Positions 42,206-53,330 of a DNA stretch of 64,000 nt are shown here, in pieces (the stretch's first letter is position 1; every line of letters starts with the position of its first letter). This DNA comes from an uncultured virus (IMG/VR IMGVR_UViG_3300043773_000315). Lineage: Duplodnaviria; Heunggongvirae; Uroviricota; Caudoviricetes. The stretch is taken from IMG/VR virus record IMGVR_UViG_3300043773_000315; one strand, written 5' to 3'. Below the pieces are notes generated by a model that made no database searches, was not told the DNA's origin, and was given only the letters and a program-made list of their open reading frames with translations. The translations under genes and the position numbers were made by a program.

Positions 42206-44557
42206 TCAAGACTCTTTTCTGTCCTCAGCCGCATAAAAATCAAAACGATGATGGAAAATAGGACTTAATGCTAACACTGCCGCTCTTATTTTTCCTTGCT
42301 TCTGTAATTGAAATATGTGGCTCATCCATGTATGTTCATTAGGATAAGCCCATTTAGTATCAAGAAAAACTTTCTTATTACCTTGTCTAGAGAACCAGAG
42401 TGGCCAGTTGCAATAATAAAATTCTCCTTCAAAGTATTTCAAGTCTTTATATCTTTTCTCACAAAATATTTCCGTTTTTGGTGGATCAGAATCTAGACCC
42501 TCTTCTGGAAGTTTTGTTTTTTCAGGAAAATATTTTTCTCTTACATCTCGAGGAATATTATACCATGCCCATTGAGTTTCATTTGTTCCATAAAATTCTG
42601 AGTAGGACAATTTTAGATAATCATATCTGTTCCTATGCATTATTTCCAAAGATTTTAGATAGAGATTATCAACGTGTCTTTTAAATCCTGAATCACACAG
42701 TTCTTCTGTTGAACCATGAATTGTCATATCATCTTCTAAAAAGATATAGTATTCAGAATCACTCTCATTAAAATGTTCCGCAACAAACTGTCTGGCACCA
42801 CTAATACCAAGATTTATTTCTTTTTTTATGTGTTCAAACTTATGAGTTTTACACAAACTATTGTACTTCTCATAAGTTGACGAATCTGTAGAATTATCGA
42901 TTAGTATCTTTCGTGTTCTGTCTAGAAAATCTGATTCACCGTGCCTATACGATTCTATAAGAGTTTCGAATTGCTCTGGACTATTATATGTTAGAACATA
43001 TAAAGATGTCTTTAATTCTTCGGCAGTCTTCTTTTTGTTCCAAAGTATTAGTTCTGAATTTGGAACAGAATATTCTTCAACTTCACTTAACATTTCAAAG
43101 AAAGGATAAACAAGACCATTATCAGACAATTCAAATCTATGAGTATCATTTGGATTATGATATGTTAACATAGTGTGAAAGTTTTCTTCTGTTCCCATAT
43201 ATCCTGATTTGAGCGTGTCTGATGCTAAGTTATAATATTCACCATTAAGTTTTTTTACTCTATCTTTGTGTCCACCGAAGAATCCTCCGCGACAAACATA
43301 TTCCGTTTTGTCTACACCACAAAACTCAGCGAATTTTGAACTTTCAAATCCATGAACTTCATTATCGTTTTCGTATGGAAAAGAGAGAAACAGAAATTTA
43401 TTCTTTATCTTCTTCATATAGTTTTCTATAGAAGAAAGATTTTTTAGCATATTTAAGTCTACTGTATTTGTTAAACCGGCGTCTATCCAAAAAAAGTAGT
43501 CTGTTTTAAATTCATTTCTAACCGAACAGTCGTGTAAGAAAAAGAATTTAGACATAACAATAGGATTGTAATATTCTAGTTTAGCTTGTGGAGAATTTTC
43601 TAACCAAGACGCCCTTTTATACCAATTTTCATCTTTTCTTATGTCTTGCACAATATCAAAGAAGTCAAAATTATTTTTAATATCTTCAAGATCATAAACA
43701 ATTATTGTTGTGTTTTTGTTAGAGCGATGAGTGTCTACAAATGTTGTCAATTCTTTTGGCACATAAACACACATATTAAAGTCGAGACTTAACAATTTGC
43801 TAAAGTTATCTAGATAGTGATCGAATGAACGGTTAAAATCTTTCAGTTCACCTCTTCTAATATCCCATAGTCCAGTTACCAGAGTAAAGTTTGATTTATC
43901 TGTTGAAATATTATTTCGCTTTGGAGTTAAATTTTTTTTAGGTTTTACTGAGTAGTTGTTTCCTTTTTTTGTTTTACAAACCCAAACAATAGACTGAAAC
44001 TCTTCATCCATAAATCCTTCAAGTTGATTTTTTTTGGATGCCTCAGCAATATCATCTTCTACTATTTCACACCAGTTCCAAATTTTTCCGTTGATATTTT
44101 CTTCAAAAAACTCGCGTGATTTCGAATAGTCGTGGGCCATAATGAAGTCGCCAGGTTTAAGATAGTCTGATATTACATTAAACTCTGCAACTTTATAGCC
44201 GCCGTCACACAAAACTAATGTTGTTCCGGAACTCTGAATGAAAGATATTACATCTGTGACATCTCTTAACTTATAATCGTCTGTAAATATATTCTCGATT
44301 CTCAGATCGATTCCTGTTTCAATAATTTTAGAGTAAACACTTCTTCCAGAAATGTCATATGTTCTGATCTCGCACGGTTTATTCAAACTCAGCATAATAT
44401 CGTTCAACGCGAGAATAGTACCGCCACCAGCAGTTCCTATTTCTAATATTCTATCTGGTTTAATTTCTCTTAGAAATTTTTCAAATACAGAATAAAAATT
44501 ATCGTGTTGCATAGCGACAAGGTCTTTGTACACTATGTATCCAGTCATTTCAGTCAT
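42206..44557 (-). CDS. Fusion protein: SAM methyltransferase + HtrL-like GT + GT2-like domain
   Basis: LEIGTAGGG/CDGG/AHDY; TLVTGLWDI, FWIDAG, RGGFFGG, MGTEE; IDNS, FLEDD. Confidence 0.75.
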   Translation of the reverse strand: MTEMTGYIVYKDLVAMQHDNFYSVFEKFLREIKPDRILEIGTAGGGTILALNDIMLSLNKPCEIRTYDISGRSVYSKIIETGIDLRIENIFTDDYKLRDVTDVISFIQSSGTTLVLCDGGYKVAEFNVISDYLKPGDFIMAHDYSKSREFFEENINGKIWNWCEIVEDDIAEASKKNQLEGFMDEEFQSIVWVCKTKKGNNYSVKPKKNLTPKRNNISTDKSNFTLVTGLWDIRRGELKDFNRSFDHYLDNFSKLLSLDFNMCVYVPKELTTFVDTHRSNKNTTIIVYDLEDIKNNFDFFDIVQDIRKDENWYKRASWLENSPQAKLEYYNPIVMSKFFFLHDCSVRNEFKTDYFFWIDAGLTNTVDLNMLKNLSSIENYMKKIKNKFLFLSFPYENDNEVHGFESSKFAEFCGVDKTEYVCRGGFFGGHKDRVKKLNGEYYNLASDTLKSGYMGTEENFHTMLTYHNPNDTHRFELSDNGLVYPFFEMLSEVEEYSVPNSELILWNKKKTAEELKTSLYVLTYNSPEQFETLIESYRHGESDFLDRTRKILIDNSTDSSTYEKYNSLCKTHKFEHIKKEINLGISGARQFVAEHFNESDSEYYIFLEDDMTIHGSTEELCDSGFKRHVDNLYLKSLEIMHRNRYDYLKLSYSEFYGTNETQWAWYNIPRDVREKYFPEKTKLPEEGLDSDPPKTEIFCEKRYKDLKYFEGEFYYCNWPLWFSRQGNKKVFLDTKWAYPNEHTWMSHIFQLQKQGKIRAAVLALSPIFHHRFDFYAAEDRKES

Positions 44558-44568
44558 ATTTAAACTAT

Positions 44569-44775
44569 CTACCCCTGCCCGACGGCCTCACGTTTGGCCT
44601 TTGTGCGCGCCCTTGCGGCTTTGGCGATTTCGACTTTGCGTTCTCTGGTCGCATAAAGCCATTCTGTGATTTCTGACGCCGTACGGCCGCAGCCTCTGCA
44701 AGTCTTTTCTTCGTCTTCTCTATATGTTCTTTCACTGTCATATTCACACACCTTTGTACAGATTGAGTTTGTCAT
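44569..44775 (-). CDS. DUF1289-like Cys-rich protein
   Basis: SICTKVC...C.GCGRT..EI..W. Confidence 0.75.
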   Translation of the reverse strand: MTNSICTKVCEYDSERTYREDEEKTCRGCGRTASEITEWLYATRERKVEIAKAARARTKAKREAVGQG

Positions 44776-45641
44776 GTCTTCTCTACTAGATTTTTGATAG
44801 AAGTATAAAGTTGTCCTGGATCTACATACTTCTCAAATATATAGTTTGATTTCTTAGAAATACCCATCGTAAAACAGTCTGATTCCTGATGACCGAATGC
44901 GTAAAATGTCTTGTGAGGATCATTCAAGTTTTCACCAGTAGAAGCATAACAGAATGGACCAGAGTTGCGTCCAATTATAAGACTGCAAAACTTAGAAAGA
45001 TATGCAATCTCGTTTAGATCACATCTGTCAGACTGAATGATATCTCCAGTGTACATAACATTTGGCCAGATATTGTCTAGCTTATGAGTTGTAAGAAATA
45101 CCTTATTCTCATGCTGTGCTGCTAGAGGTCCGATAATCTCTCTCATATCACCATTATACTGACACTGACCCGACATAGCTGGTCCATTGCAGAATAATAT
45201 TTTTGGTCTTGGTTCGCTGTCAATAAAAGAACGAGCATGAGCCAAATCATACTTGCTATAGTCAATATAAGGCAAATAGTTTTCTACTGGACCAAGTTTC
45301 ATCTTCTTCTTAAATGTAGTATTGATATCTTCATAGATATCTGCCCACATCTTCATATTGAAGTTGAGTGTGCATTCTCCAGTATACTTGTCAAAATAAG
45401 AACCAATCCAAGTATTGACAAACAGTATGTCAGGATTTTTTGGTCTTAGTATCTTTACCTTATCTGATATTCCTTCAAGATGCACATGCTGCAATCCTAA
45501 ATCTTCGATTGCGCGAGGGTCTTTGTTGTGTGCATACATGACTTTCTCTTTGCCAAGATGCTTGATGACTTCACGAACAAATGGCTTGCTGTGGAACAAA
45601 TCACCATTATGATAGAAGTTGAAGAAGCAAAGTTTTGTCAC
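44772..45641 (-). CDS. Hypothetical protein, possible GT-B glycosyltransferase
   Basis: HNGD...S; IIGRNSGP. Confidence 0.55.
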   Translation of the reverse strand: MTKLCFFNFYHNGDLFHSKPFVREVIKHLGKEKVMYAHNKDPRAIEDLGLQHVHLEGISDKVKILRPKNPDILFVNTWIGSYFDKYTGECTLNFNMKMWADIYEDINTTFKKKMKLGPVENYLPYIDYSKYDLAHARSFIDSEPRPKILFCNGPAMSGQCQYNGDMREIIGPLAAQHENKVFLTTHKLDNIWPNVMYTGDIIQSDRCDLNEIAYLSKFCSLIIGRNSGPFCYASTGENLNDPHKTFYAFGHQESDCFTMGISKKSNYIFEKYVDPGQLYTSIKNLVEKT

Positions 45642-46009
45642 TTTTCTTTTACACCCTTGTATAATTTAACTGATTCTTCACGCAAAGACTTGTTGTGTAC
45701 AATAGCATCATCAATCATAGCATTCAATGCTGCAACTAACTTAGGGCGCTTGACCTTGAAGCAGATGTCGACCTTGCGCTTTAGGTCGGCCAGTTCTTCA
45801 TCTGACTTTGCAGCCTGCATAGCATCTTCAAGGTGCCAAGTGCGAATGTGAAGAATAGCCAACTTCTCTAGAACTTCACCGATGCTATCAGATGCGGCAT
45901 ATTCTGGAGGTGGATTAAAGTTTAATATCTGACGACCGAGAATGTCATACACATGCTCCTTCAAAATCATATCCAACATTTCAGAAACAATCTTATTGTT
46001 ATTCATCAC
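45638..46009 (-). CDS. DUF4254-like helical protein
   Basis: SIGEVLEKLAILHIRTWHLED. Confidence 0.6.
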   Translation of the reverse strand: MMNNNKIVSEMLDMILKEHVYDILGRQILNFNPPPEYAASDSIGEVLEKLAILHIRTWHLEDAMQAAKSDEELADLKRKVDICFKVKRPKLVAALNAMIDDAIVHNKSLREESVKLYKGVKEK

Positions 46010-47184
46010 AAACTCCTAATGATGTCTTCAAGAATATTCATTTCTCTATCACCAACAAACTGGTTATTACCTATATAGATACCATTATTATGCACGATGT
46101 CAACTTTGTATTCTGGCTCTTTGTCCGAGATGCCATAACCTGCCATGTAGGGTTGACGAAGCAAGTTGCCGCCAACGACAGGACGATATTCAATTGAGTT
46201 TGCCTTGAGAAGTTCAATAAGTTTATACTTCACATATTGCGCCCTAGCGATGAATGGAAAGCAGAATGAACTATTGCCTTCTTCAACATATCCATCAGCA
46301 GGAACATAGAACTTATCTTTTCCATCAATTAACATAATTCGCATGTATCTTGCATAGTTCTTTCTACGTTGCTCAATAAAGCCATCAAGTTTCTTCAACT
46401 GTGATAAACCAAGAACAGCGCCGAGTTCTGTATTGCGGAAGTTATATCCAGCAGTTACAAATAGAAACTGTGGATCAATATCAGGATGATTTTCTGCATA
46501 CGACTCAGGAGTCATCGATACGCGAGACATGCCATGTGAACGCTTCATACGCATTAAATTATATAGAGCAAGGTTGTTGGTACAAACCATGCCACCTTCA
46601 ACTGTAGACATATGATGACCAAAGTAGAAACTGAATGTAGAACCGTTTGACCTTGAACCAACTTTATGACCAAATATATCTTTTACACCATGACTTTCGC
46701 AAACATCTTCTAACATGATTGCTTTTGGAAATATGGATCTAAGAGAAAAAATAGGAGCGGGAAGTCCAAGCAAATGTGTCGTGAACACAATATCAATCTT
46801 GTGCTTCTTTGCAATCTCCGCAGCATTGTCTAAATCAAAACTATAATTATCTAGATTGATATCGCAGAAGATTGGTTCCATGCCAAGTTGCATAACAGGA
46901 TTGATATTCGTTACCCACGTACACGCGGGTACGAGAACCTTAATCTTCTTCTTATTCTTAAAGTATAGTTCCTTAACAGCATCAAGCAATAAGAAGTTTG
47001 CTGTACTGCCAGACGTTACAAACAAAGAATACTTAACACCAAGCCATTCTGACCAAGCTTTCTCAAACTCTTCGACCTTTTTGCCTTGAGTGAACTTGTC
47101 TGTAGTCATCACGAACTTGGCCAAGTTCCATCTGTCGCACCAAGTCAGTGTGTCCTTCATCAATGGCCATTTATACGCGGTCAT
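46006..47184 (-). CDS. DegT/DnrJ-family PLP enzyme, ColD-like (His in place of the catalytic Lys)
   Basis: SGSTAN, EDVCESHG, FSFYFGHHMSTVEGG, GYNFR, RPVVGGNL. Confidence 0.85.
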   Translation of the reverse strand: MTAYKWPLMKDTLTWCDRWNLAKFVMTTDKFTQGKKVEEFEKAWSEWLGVKYSLFVTSGSTANFLLLDAVKELYFKNKKKIKVLVPACTWVTNINPVMQLGMEPIFCDINLDNYSFDLDNAAEIAKKHKIDIVFTTHLLGLPAPIFSLRSIFPKAIMLEDVCESHGVKDIFGHKVGSRSNGSTFSFYFGHHMSTVEGGMVCTNNLALYNLMRMKRSHGMSRVSMTPESYAENHPDIDPQFLFVTAGYNFRNTELGAVLGLSQLKKLDGFIEQRRKNYARYMRIMLIDGKDKFYVPADGYVEEGNSSFCFPFIARAQYVKYKLIELLKANSIEYRPVVGGNLLRQPYMAGYGISDKEPEYKVDIVHNNGIYIGNNQFVGDREMNILEDIIRSL

Positions 47185-48106
47185 ATGTTTTCCTATTCTC
47201 TAAGAACCAATCAATTGTCATTTTCAATCCATCTTCAAGTGAAGTCTTGGCTTTCCAACCAAGTGCATCCATCTTGCTAGTATCTAGTGCGCGGCGCGGT
47301 GTGCCGTTTGGCTGTGCAGTGTCCCAAATCATCGTACCCTCATATCCGACAAGAGATGCAATCAACTCTGACAGGCAACGAATCGATATCTCACGATTTG
47401 GTCCAATGTTGATTGGCTTTGGATCATTATAGTTCTTCATTAGGAAAATTAGTCCGTCAGCCAAATCATCGGCAAAAAGAAATTCTCGCGTAGGACTGCC
47501 GTCACCAAAGCATACTACACTAGACAAACCTCTTTCTTTCGCGTCGATAAATCCATTGATGAATGCAGGAATAACATGACACTCATTTCGTCTAAAGTTA
47601 TCGAAAATGCCATAGAGATTATTTGGCATGACGGAAACAGTTTGCATACCATACTGCTCAGTATATTTCTGGCACATGGTAAGACCAGCAATCTTCGCTA
47701 GAGCATAACCAATGTTAGTTTCCTCTAGCGGACCAGTCATTAAGTATTCTTCTTTGATCGGCACAGGTGCATGTTTTGGATAGATACATGCTGTGCCTAA
47801 AAACATTAGCTTTCTGCAACCATACTGCTCTGCGCTACTGATAACATTGGTCTGAATCATCAAGTTGTCATACATAAAGTCAGCAGGGAAAGACTTATTG
47901 AAGCCAATACCACCAACCTTTGCCGCCGCAAGAAACACATATTCAGGCTCGTAATCATTGAAGAAATGTTGTACAAGCTTCTGATCACGCAAATCTATAT
48001 CACTTGTGATGATATTCTTGTAACCTTGTGCCTGCAACTGACGAATGAGTGCTGTACCGACAAGACCTCTATGACCTGCCACATAAATTCTGCTATTACT
48101 GTCCAT
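47171..48106 (-). CDS. fcl: GDP-L-fucose synthase (or ColC-like GDP-colitose synthase)
   Basis: [51 protein letters not shown]. Confidence 0.92.
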   Translation of the reverse strand: MDSNSRIYVAGHRGLVGTALIRQLQAQGYKNIITSDIDLRDQKLVQHFFNDYEPEYVFLAAAKVGGIGFNKSFPADFMYDNLMIQTNVISSAEQYGCRKLMFLGTACIYPKHAPVPIKEEYLMTGPLEETNIGYALAKIAGLTMCQKYTEQYGMQTVSVMPNNLYGIFDNFRRNECHVIPAFINGFIDAKERGLSSVVCFGDGSPTREFLFADDLADGLIFLMKNYNDPKPINIGPNREISIRCLSELIASLVGYEGTMIWDTAQPNGTPRRALDTSKMDALGWKAKTSLEDGLKMTIDWFLENRKTYDRV

Positions 48107-49103
48107 TGATACACATATCCTCTACAAGTTTTTCAAATGTGAACTTTGGTTTCCAACCAAGAACTCTACGAGCCTTGCTGGAATCACCAAGTAATGTTTC
48201 TACTTCCGCTGGTCTGAAATACTTTTCACTCACACGAATAATTGGAGTTGACTTGTATCTTTCATCATAACCAACTTCATCAACACCTTCACCATGCCAC
48301 TTGATATTCATTCCGAAGTACGGCGCTGCTGTCTCTACAAACTGACGAACTGAATACTGCTCACCAGTAGCAATCACATAGTCATCTGGCTTGTCTTGCT
48401 GGAGCATGAGCCACATGGCCTCAACGAAGTCCTTAGCATGACCCCAATCTCTCTTTGCGTTTAGATTGCCAAGTGTTAGTGATGACTGATAGCCAGTGCT
48501 GATACGAGAAAGGCCCTGCACAATCTTCCTTGTCACGAATGTTTCACCGCGTCGAGGGCTTTCGTGATTGAATAGAATACCAGATGAACAGTGCATACCA
48601 TATGCTTCACGATAATTCTTTACAATCCAGAAGCCGTAGAGTTTAGCAACGCCGTATGGTGAGCGAGGATAGAACGGTGTCTTTTCTGTCTGCGGAGTTT
48701 CTTGCACAAGACCATAAAGTTCAGATGTCGATGCTTGATAGATACGAACATCTTTTTCCATGCCAAGCAGACGCACAGCCTCAAGAATGCGAAGTGTGCC
48801 AAGAGCATCAACCTGACCAGTGTATTCAGGAATCTCAAAGGATACCTTCACATGAGATTGTGCAGCCAGATTGTAAATCTCTGTCGGCTTGATTTGCTGA
48901 ATAAGACGAATGAGTGAAGAACTATCCGTCAAATCTCCGTAGTGAAGAGCAATGCGAGGATAAATATGGTCGATACGGTCAGTATTAATAGAAGAAGAAC
49001 GTCTGATGATTCCATGTACTTCATATCCTTTTTCTAATAAAAGTTCGGCCAGATAAGAACCATCTTGCCCTGTAATACCTGTAATTAATGCCACCTTACT
49101 CAT
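48096..49103 (-). CDS. gmd: GDP-mannose 4,6-dehydratase
   Basis: [47 protein letters not shown]. Confidence 0.97.
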   Translation of the reverse strand: MSKVALITGITGQDGSYLAELLLEKGYEVHGIIRRSSSINTDRIDHIYPRIALHYGDLTDSSSLIRLIQQIKPTEIYNLAAQSHVKVSFEIPEYTGQVDALGTLRILEAVRLLGMEKDVRIYQASTSELYGLVQETPQTEKTPFYPRSPYGVAKLYGFWIVKNYREAYGMHCSSGILFNHESPRRGETFVTRKIVQGLSRISTGYQSSLTLGNLNAKRDWGHAKDFVEAMWLMLQQDKPDDYVIATGEQYSVRQFVETAAPYFGMNIKWHGEGVDEVGYDERYKSTPIIRVSEKYFRPAEVETLLGDSSKARRVLGWKPKFTFEKLVEDMCINGQ

Positions 49104-50149
49104 AGAAAATCCTTCAAGTTATCACTATCACGTTGGATGTTTATCGCTGTTGCCCGAGGATATGGATTAGACTTATTGTAGTCGTTAATCAAAATTCTTG
49201 CGCTGTTATTTAGTCCTGTAATCAACTCAAAGTTTTTGAATCCTAGAAGACTAAGCATCTTGTTTGTTTGCTCACGATAAGTATGCGGTCGTGCAGTCGT
49301 AAAGATAATCTGACAACCCTTGTCATGATACTCTTTCACTCTGTTACGATTTTCTTCTAGAACAACAGGCGGATCGTTATATGTATAAAAACCATAACGA
49401 GACTGAGCCTTGATTAGAGTGCCATCAATATCACAGAAGATAACAGGCATGTCATTATACTTGTGCCAATCTTCTGCTGTACCCACATCGACATAGTTTG
49501 AAACTTCATTCTTCACGAAGATTTGGTCACTGCCAAGCATGTCTTGAATGATGTGTGAAACAAATAATTCGCCTTCTCTATTCTGTATTCTATCATAGAT
49601 GTCCAGATAATAGTTAGCCGAGTTGAACTTGTACGCGCCGACACAAAACGTATCAGATACGACTTTCTTCTCAATGATATCGGTAACAATATTCTGATTG
49701 TTGTACTTCACGAAACTCTTTGAAGAAATCTTCTGGAGAGTTTCATGGTCTGCTATGTTTGACACGCAGACATAGTTCTGCGGAAGAATTTCATGAGAAA
49801 AAAACGAGTCGCAATCTTTCACCAGAAAGGAAAAATCTTTAGGTGGATAACTAAGACCTTTTGAGTATTGAATGTTTTTCAAAGCAATACGAACAGTCTC
49901 GGCTGGTCCGCGCGTGGGTTTATATACAGTAACGATATTGGCCTCAGGAAGTTCGTTTCTCACAAATTCAAAAGCATTATACTTATCAATATGATCTTGT
50001 AGAATGACAACGGTGATGTCGTGTTTACCGATGAAAGGCTCTACGGCTTTCACAAGCATCATCTTGTTATCATATCCGAAATGTAGATACTTTGGCTTTA
50101 CATTTGGAAATCTGGTAGAAAGACCAGCGGCTGGTACAATCACTTCCAT
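49100..50149 (-). CDS. Nucleotidyltransferase + C-terminal HAD phosphatase fusion
   Basis: [10 protein letters not shown]...K, T.GPAET, DCD, DVGT; CDIDGTL, TTAR, LIND. Confidence 0.8.
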   Translation of the reverse strand: MEVIVPAAGLSTRFPNVKPKYLHFGYDNKMMLVKAVEPFIGKHDITVVILQDHIDKYNAFEFVRNELPEANIVTVYKPTRGPAETVRIALKNIQYSKGLSYPPKDFSFLVKDCDSFFSHEILPQNYVCVSNIADHETLQKISSKSFVKYNNQNIVTDIIEKKVVSDTFCVGAYKFNSANYYLDIYDRIQNREGELFVSHIIQDMLGSDQIFVKNEVSNYVDVGTAEDWHKYNDMPVIFCDIDGTLIKAQSRYGFYTYNDPPVVLEENRNRVKEYHDKGCQIIFTTARPHTYREQTNKMLSLLGFKNFELITGLNNSARILINDYNKSNPYPRATAINIQRDSDNLKDFL

Positions 50150-50880
50150 AATCTGTTTATCTCCTTCACGATGAAGTTATATTCTAGAGTATTTTTATCA
50201 CAATGTAAATAGACGCGAAGCAGCATGAGTATCAGTAGATAATCGTTGTTCGCAATCGGGAATCGTTTTAGTATATTATCTTGAATGTTTAGCAGTTTCA
50301 CATCTAGCATGATAGGATCACGCCGTAAAAACCACTTGCATTCCAAATCTTGTCTTAACTTTGCTATGTCAAACACCCAGGAATCATATTGCAAAGTGAC
50401 AGCATCAATAAAGTAAAATCTTCCTTCTGTAGAGCAGATGACGTTTTCCAAAGTCATGTCACCATGATACTGAGAACACGGCAGAACTTTCGGCAGTCTT
50501 TCTATCAATTCGTTCTTTGTGAAAGGAAACATTCCGTCTTCTATCCACGATAGCATATGATTATATACTAGAGTGTAGTCTTTGTCAATACTTTTCGATG
50601 CGAATAATTCTATGGTACGAATAAGAAAGTCACTCAAATCTCTTATTGGATTATTGACCAGATAATTTTGCATATCTAGTCCATAAATGTATTCCATGTC
50701 GAGAGTTGTGCCATCATAACTGTAGATTCTAGGAACATCGATGTAGCCAACAAGCGCAGATAATCTTTCGTGATTGCGTTCTACATTACCAACCTTACGA
50801 ACGAATATCTTTTGGTTGTCTTGCAGTAAAGATACAACTGAGCCAGAATGTCCCTTGAGTGTCTTTATGAGTTTTTCCAT
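50140..50880 (-). CDS. APH/protein-kinase-like phosphotransferase
   Basis: GHSG, VRK, MEYI, HGDMTLEN, FID, DIAKLRQD. Confidence 0.8.
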   Translation of the reverse strand: MEKLIKTLKGHSGSVVSLLQDNQKIFVRKVGNVERNHERLSALVGYIDVPRIYSYDGTTLDMEYIYGLDMQNYLVNNPIRDLSDFLIRTIELFASKSIDKDYTLVYNHMLSWIEDGMFPFTKNELIERLPKVLPCSQYHGDMTLENVICSTEGRFYFIDAVTLQYDSWVFDIAKLRQDLECKWFLRRDPIMLDVKLLNIQDNILKRFPIANNDYLLILMLLRVYLHCDKNTLEYNFIVKEINRLWK

Positions 50881-51569
50881 AGTTCCATGTCATCACGAAT
50901 GAGTGAGTGAGGCGTTGCGTTATATTTGCCTGGTGGAAATGGATTGTTCATGTTCACATATGTCAGTCTTTGTCCAACAAGTCCCGCTCTCTTGAGATTA
51001 GCACTTAACATATTTTCACCAATCATGGGTTCACCGTTATTGTAATATTGATCCATGTGCAAATATGTAGACATGTATTCTGTCATGACTTTGTTGCTGC
51101 CAAAAGCAAACTGGTCATTACCAAAGTCATGAGTTGGCACCATTCTACAGTTTGGAATATAAAGATTGTTCTTGTCTAACTGACTGAATGGAATAACACC
51201 ATTGATAGCATAGTCAAATCTTGTTTTCACAACCCAATCATACTTGTCAAATATCAATTCATACTTTGTTTTAAGAAGCAAAGATTGAAAAACAGAATAG
51301 AACATGGATACAGTTGCGTGTGGTGGCCATCCAGCGGCATTTGGTGTGTTAGTATACTTGTTGTCATAGAATGATCTTGATAAAGGATTTTCTACCAAAG
51401 ATTCCACTGGCTTATACAAGTTAATCACATCTTTAGACTTGTAGACTTTGTTGTGCCAAGTGTGAATGAATATATCGCAATTGTAGTGATTTAACAAATT
51501 GTGTTTCATGTACTCATAGCCTTTCTCATAAGAGCGAGGCTGACCTGAGATGCAGACTGCAATCTTCAT
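50865..51569 (-). CDS. Hypothetical glycan-related protein
   Basis: KIAVCISGQPR, DIFIHTW, SMFYS, YD.VVK.RFD, NDQFAFG. Confidence 0.7.
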   Translation of the reverse strand: MKIAVCISGQPRSYEKGYEYMKHNLLNHYNCDIFIHTWHNKVYKSKDVINLYKPVESLVENPLSRSFYDNKYTNTPNAAGWPPHATVSMFYSVFQSLLLKTKYELIFDKYDWVVKTRFDYAINGVIPFSQLDKNNLYIPNCRMVPTHDFGNDQFAFGSNKVMTEYMSTYLHMDQYYNNGEPMIGENMLSANLKRAGLVGQRLTYVNMNNPFPPGKYNATPHSLIRDDMELWKNS

Positions 51570-52447
51570 GAGCGAACTCCTTTATACACGTTCTCTAAGA
51601 ACCAAAGATTAAAGCGTTTGAGATTCCAAAACTTATCGTGAACATAAGGCAAAGGAAGAGTGTTTGCCATAACTTCCCATGTATGTTTATCTTGATCCAC
51701 TTTTATGATTGTATCGATAAATTCGTTATCACTAACGAAATCATGACGAGATATAAAAGATCCTTCTTGAAAGTCCATTGTAACAGTTGGTGAACCCCAA
51801 TAGATTGGCACTGTTCTTGCAATAAAGCCGTGCATAATCTTTTCTGTGCAATAACCAGGATAAGAACTATTCTCAAAACATAGTGAGAAACGACACTTGC
51901 GAAAGAAGTTAATCTTAGACATCACATCACGCGGAAGAACACCTCCAATGTTGTTGAACAATGGACCACCAGACATGACTGGCTTGTATTCATTCAACAT
52001 ATGAAACATCTTGTTACGGTACTCAGATGCGCCATTGCCCGCAACAAATCCACAAAACCATTCTTTTTCTTCATACTTCACAGGCTTCAAGTTTAAAGAG
52101 TCATAACTGAGCATATCAGGTACGCCATTCTTTGTCTGTACCCAATTGTCTAGAACATAGAGTGGCAGACGATAGAACTGACTTCCGTCCATATGGTCAA
52201 ATGAAATCGCATGATGAGCGACATAGTTCCATGGGCGTCTGTTCTCACCCGTGAAGAATATCTTGACTACTTTGTTCGGATCAAAGTTCTTGTTGTTCTG
52301 ACCGAATGTTTCATCGCAAAAGATTAGATAGTCTGGATTAACATCATCGCGTTCTATATCAAAGGACATAGACAAGACACTCATGAAGAAATCATCAAGC
52401 GTGTTGTAGTAGTCTGTAAATCCAAGTTTAAGCTTCGGCTTAGTCAT
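51566..52447 (-). CDS. GT10 alpha-1,3-fucosyltransferase-like
   Basis: FFTGEN, FSLCFENSSYPGYCTEKI, VPIYWG. Confidence 0.88.
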   Translation of the reverse strand: MTKPKLKLGFTDYYNTLDDFFMSVLSMSFDIERDDVNPDYLIFCDETFGQNNKNFDPNKVVKIFFTGENRRPWNYVAHHAISFDHMDGSQFYRLPLYVLDNWVQTKNGVPDMLSYDSLNLKPVKYEEKEWFCGFVAGNGASEYRNKMFHMLNEYKPVMSGGPLFNNIGGVLPRDVMSKINFFRKCRFSLCFENSSYPGYCTEKIMHGFIARTVPIYWGSPTVTMDFQEGSFISRHDFVSDNEFIDTIIKVDQDKHTWEVMANTLPLPYVHDKFWNLKRFNLWFLENVYKGVRS

Positions 52448-53330
52448 TATACTTTGCTCTAATCTTTTCTACTAGACCTGCAACTCTATCATACTGATGA
52501 ACAATATAGAATGGCATTTCATAAGCATTATAAACTGTACCATCTTCGCCGATAACAGGCTGATCAGCCAGATACTTTGTCTGATACATGATTTGTGTAG
52601 ATGGATCGTTTCTCTGACCAATATCACCAGCACCAGATTGAATGGCGGCAAGAGTTGTGCCAAGATTACATGCCCAACCTGATCCATTGCCGAAGAACTC
52701 GGTTTGGTTCTTGAAAACGTCAGTATTCAGAATGAAGTTGTAAACAGCCTGATCAACGATGGGAATAGGACGATTAACACTCAACTGTAGAATCATCAAC
52801 AGCATATCACGAACAAGGTCATATTTTCCTGCCATCACACCGACATTATAAATCTCTTTGTCTTTGATGAGATTATGAAAGAATGGACCAAATGCTTGTA
52901 GATAGTTGTTATTGCCCCATGGTTCATCTTTATAAGCAAGACCTTCGCCTGCTGCAATAAAGCCAATAAAGTCATCCTGTGTAAGAAAGTCTGACGGATT
53001 TTTCTGAAACACAACGTCACGAACGTCTGTTGTAATAACAAAATCATATTTTTCTTTAGTTGTGTTCAGATAATTCCAGATATGAAAGAAACGCTCTACG
53101 TGCGGAGGCATCTGACTGTTAGATGAATAGTTACCATCTGCATCCTTCTGACCGTATGCGAGAATGTTCACACCCTTTTCAGAAACTTTTGCAAGTTCTT
53201 CGATCTTCATATTTGTTGCTACAAGAACAATATCACCTTCAAAGCCCGACTTCTTGATTGAATTGATCCAATACTTGATATCATCATACTTGTAATTTGA
53301 AGCTCCGCCAATGATTAGGTCTTTAGCCAT
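52440..53330 (-). CDS. Putative glycosyltransferase
   Basis: ERF, TDVRDVVFQKNP, DQAVYN, VHQYDR. Confidence 0.7.
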   Translation of the reverse strand: MAKDLIIGGASNYKYDDIKYWINSIKKSGFEGDIVLVATNMKIEELAKVSEKGVNILAYGQKDADGNYSSNSQMPPHVERFFHIWNYLNTTKEKYDFVITTDVRDVVFQKNPSDFLTQDDFIGFIAAGEGLAYKDEPWGNNNYLQAFGPFFHNLIKDKEIYNVGVMAGKYDLVRDMLLMILQLSVNRPIPIVDQAVYNFILNTDVFKNQTEFFGNGSGWACNLGTTLAAIQSGAGDIGQRNDPSTQIMYQTKYLADQPVIGEDGTVYNAYEMPFYIVHQYDRVAGLVEKIRAKYND

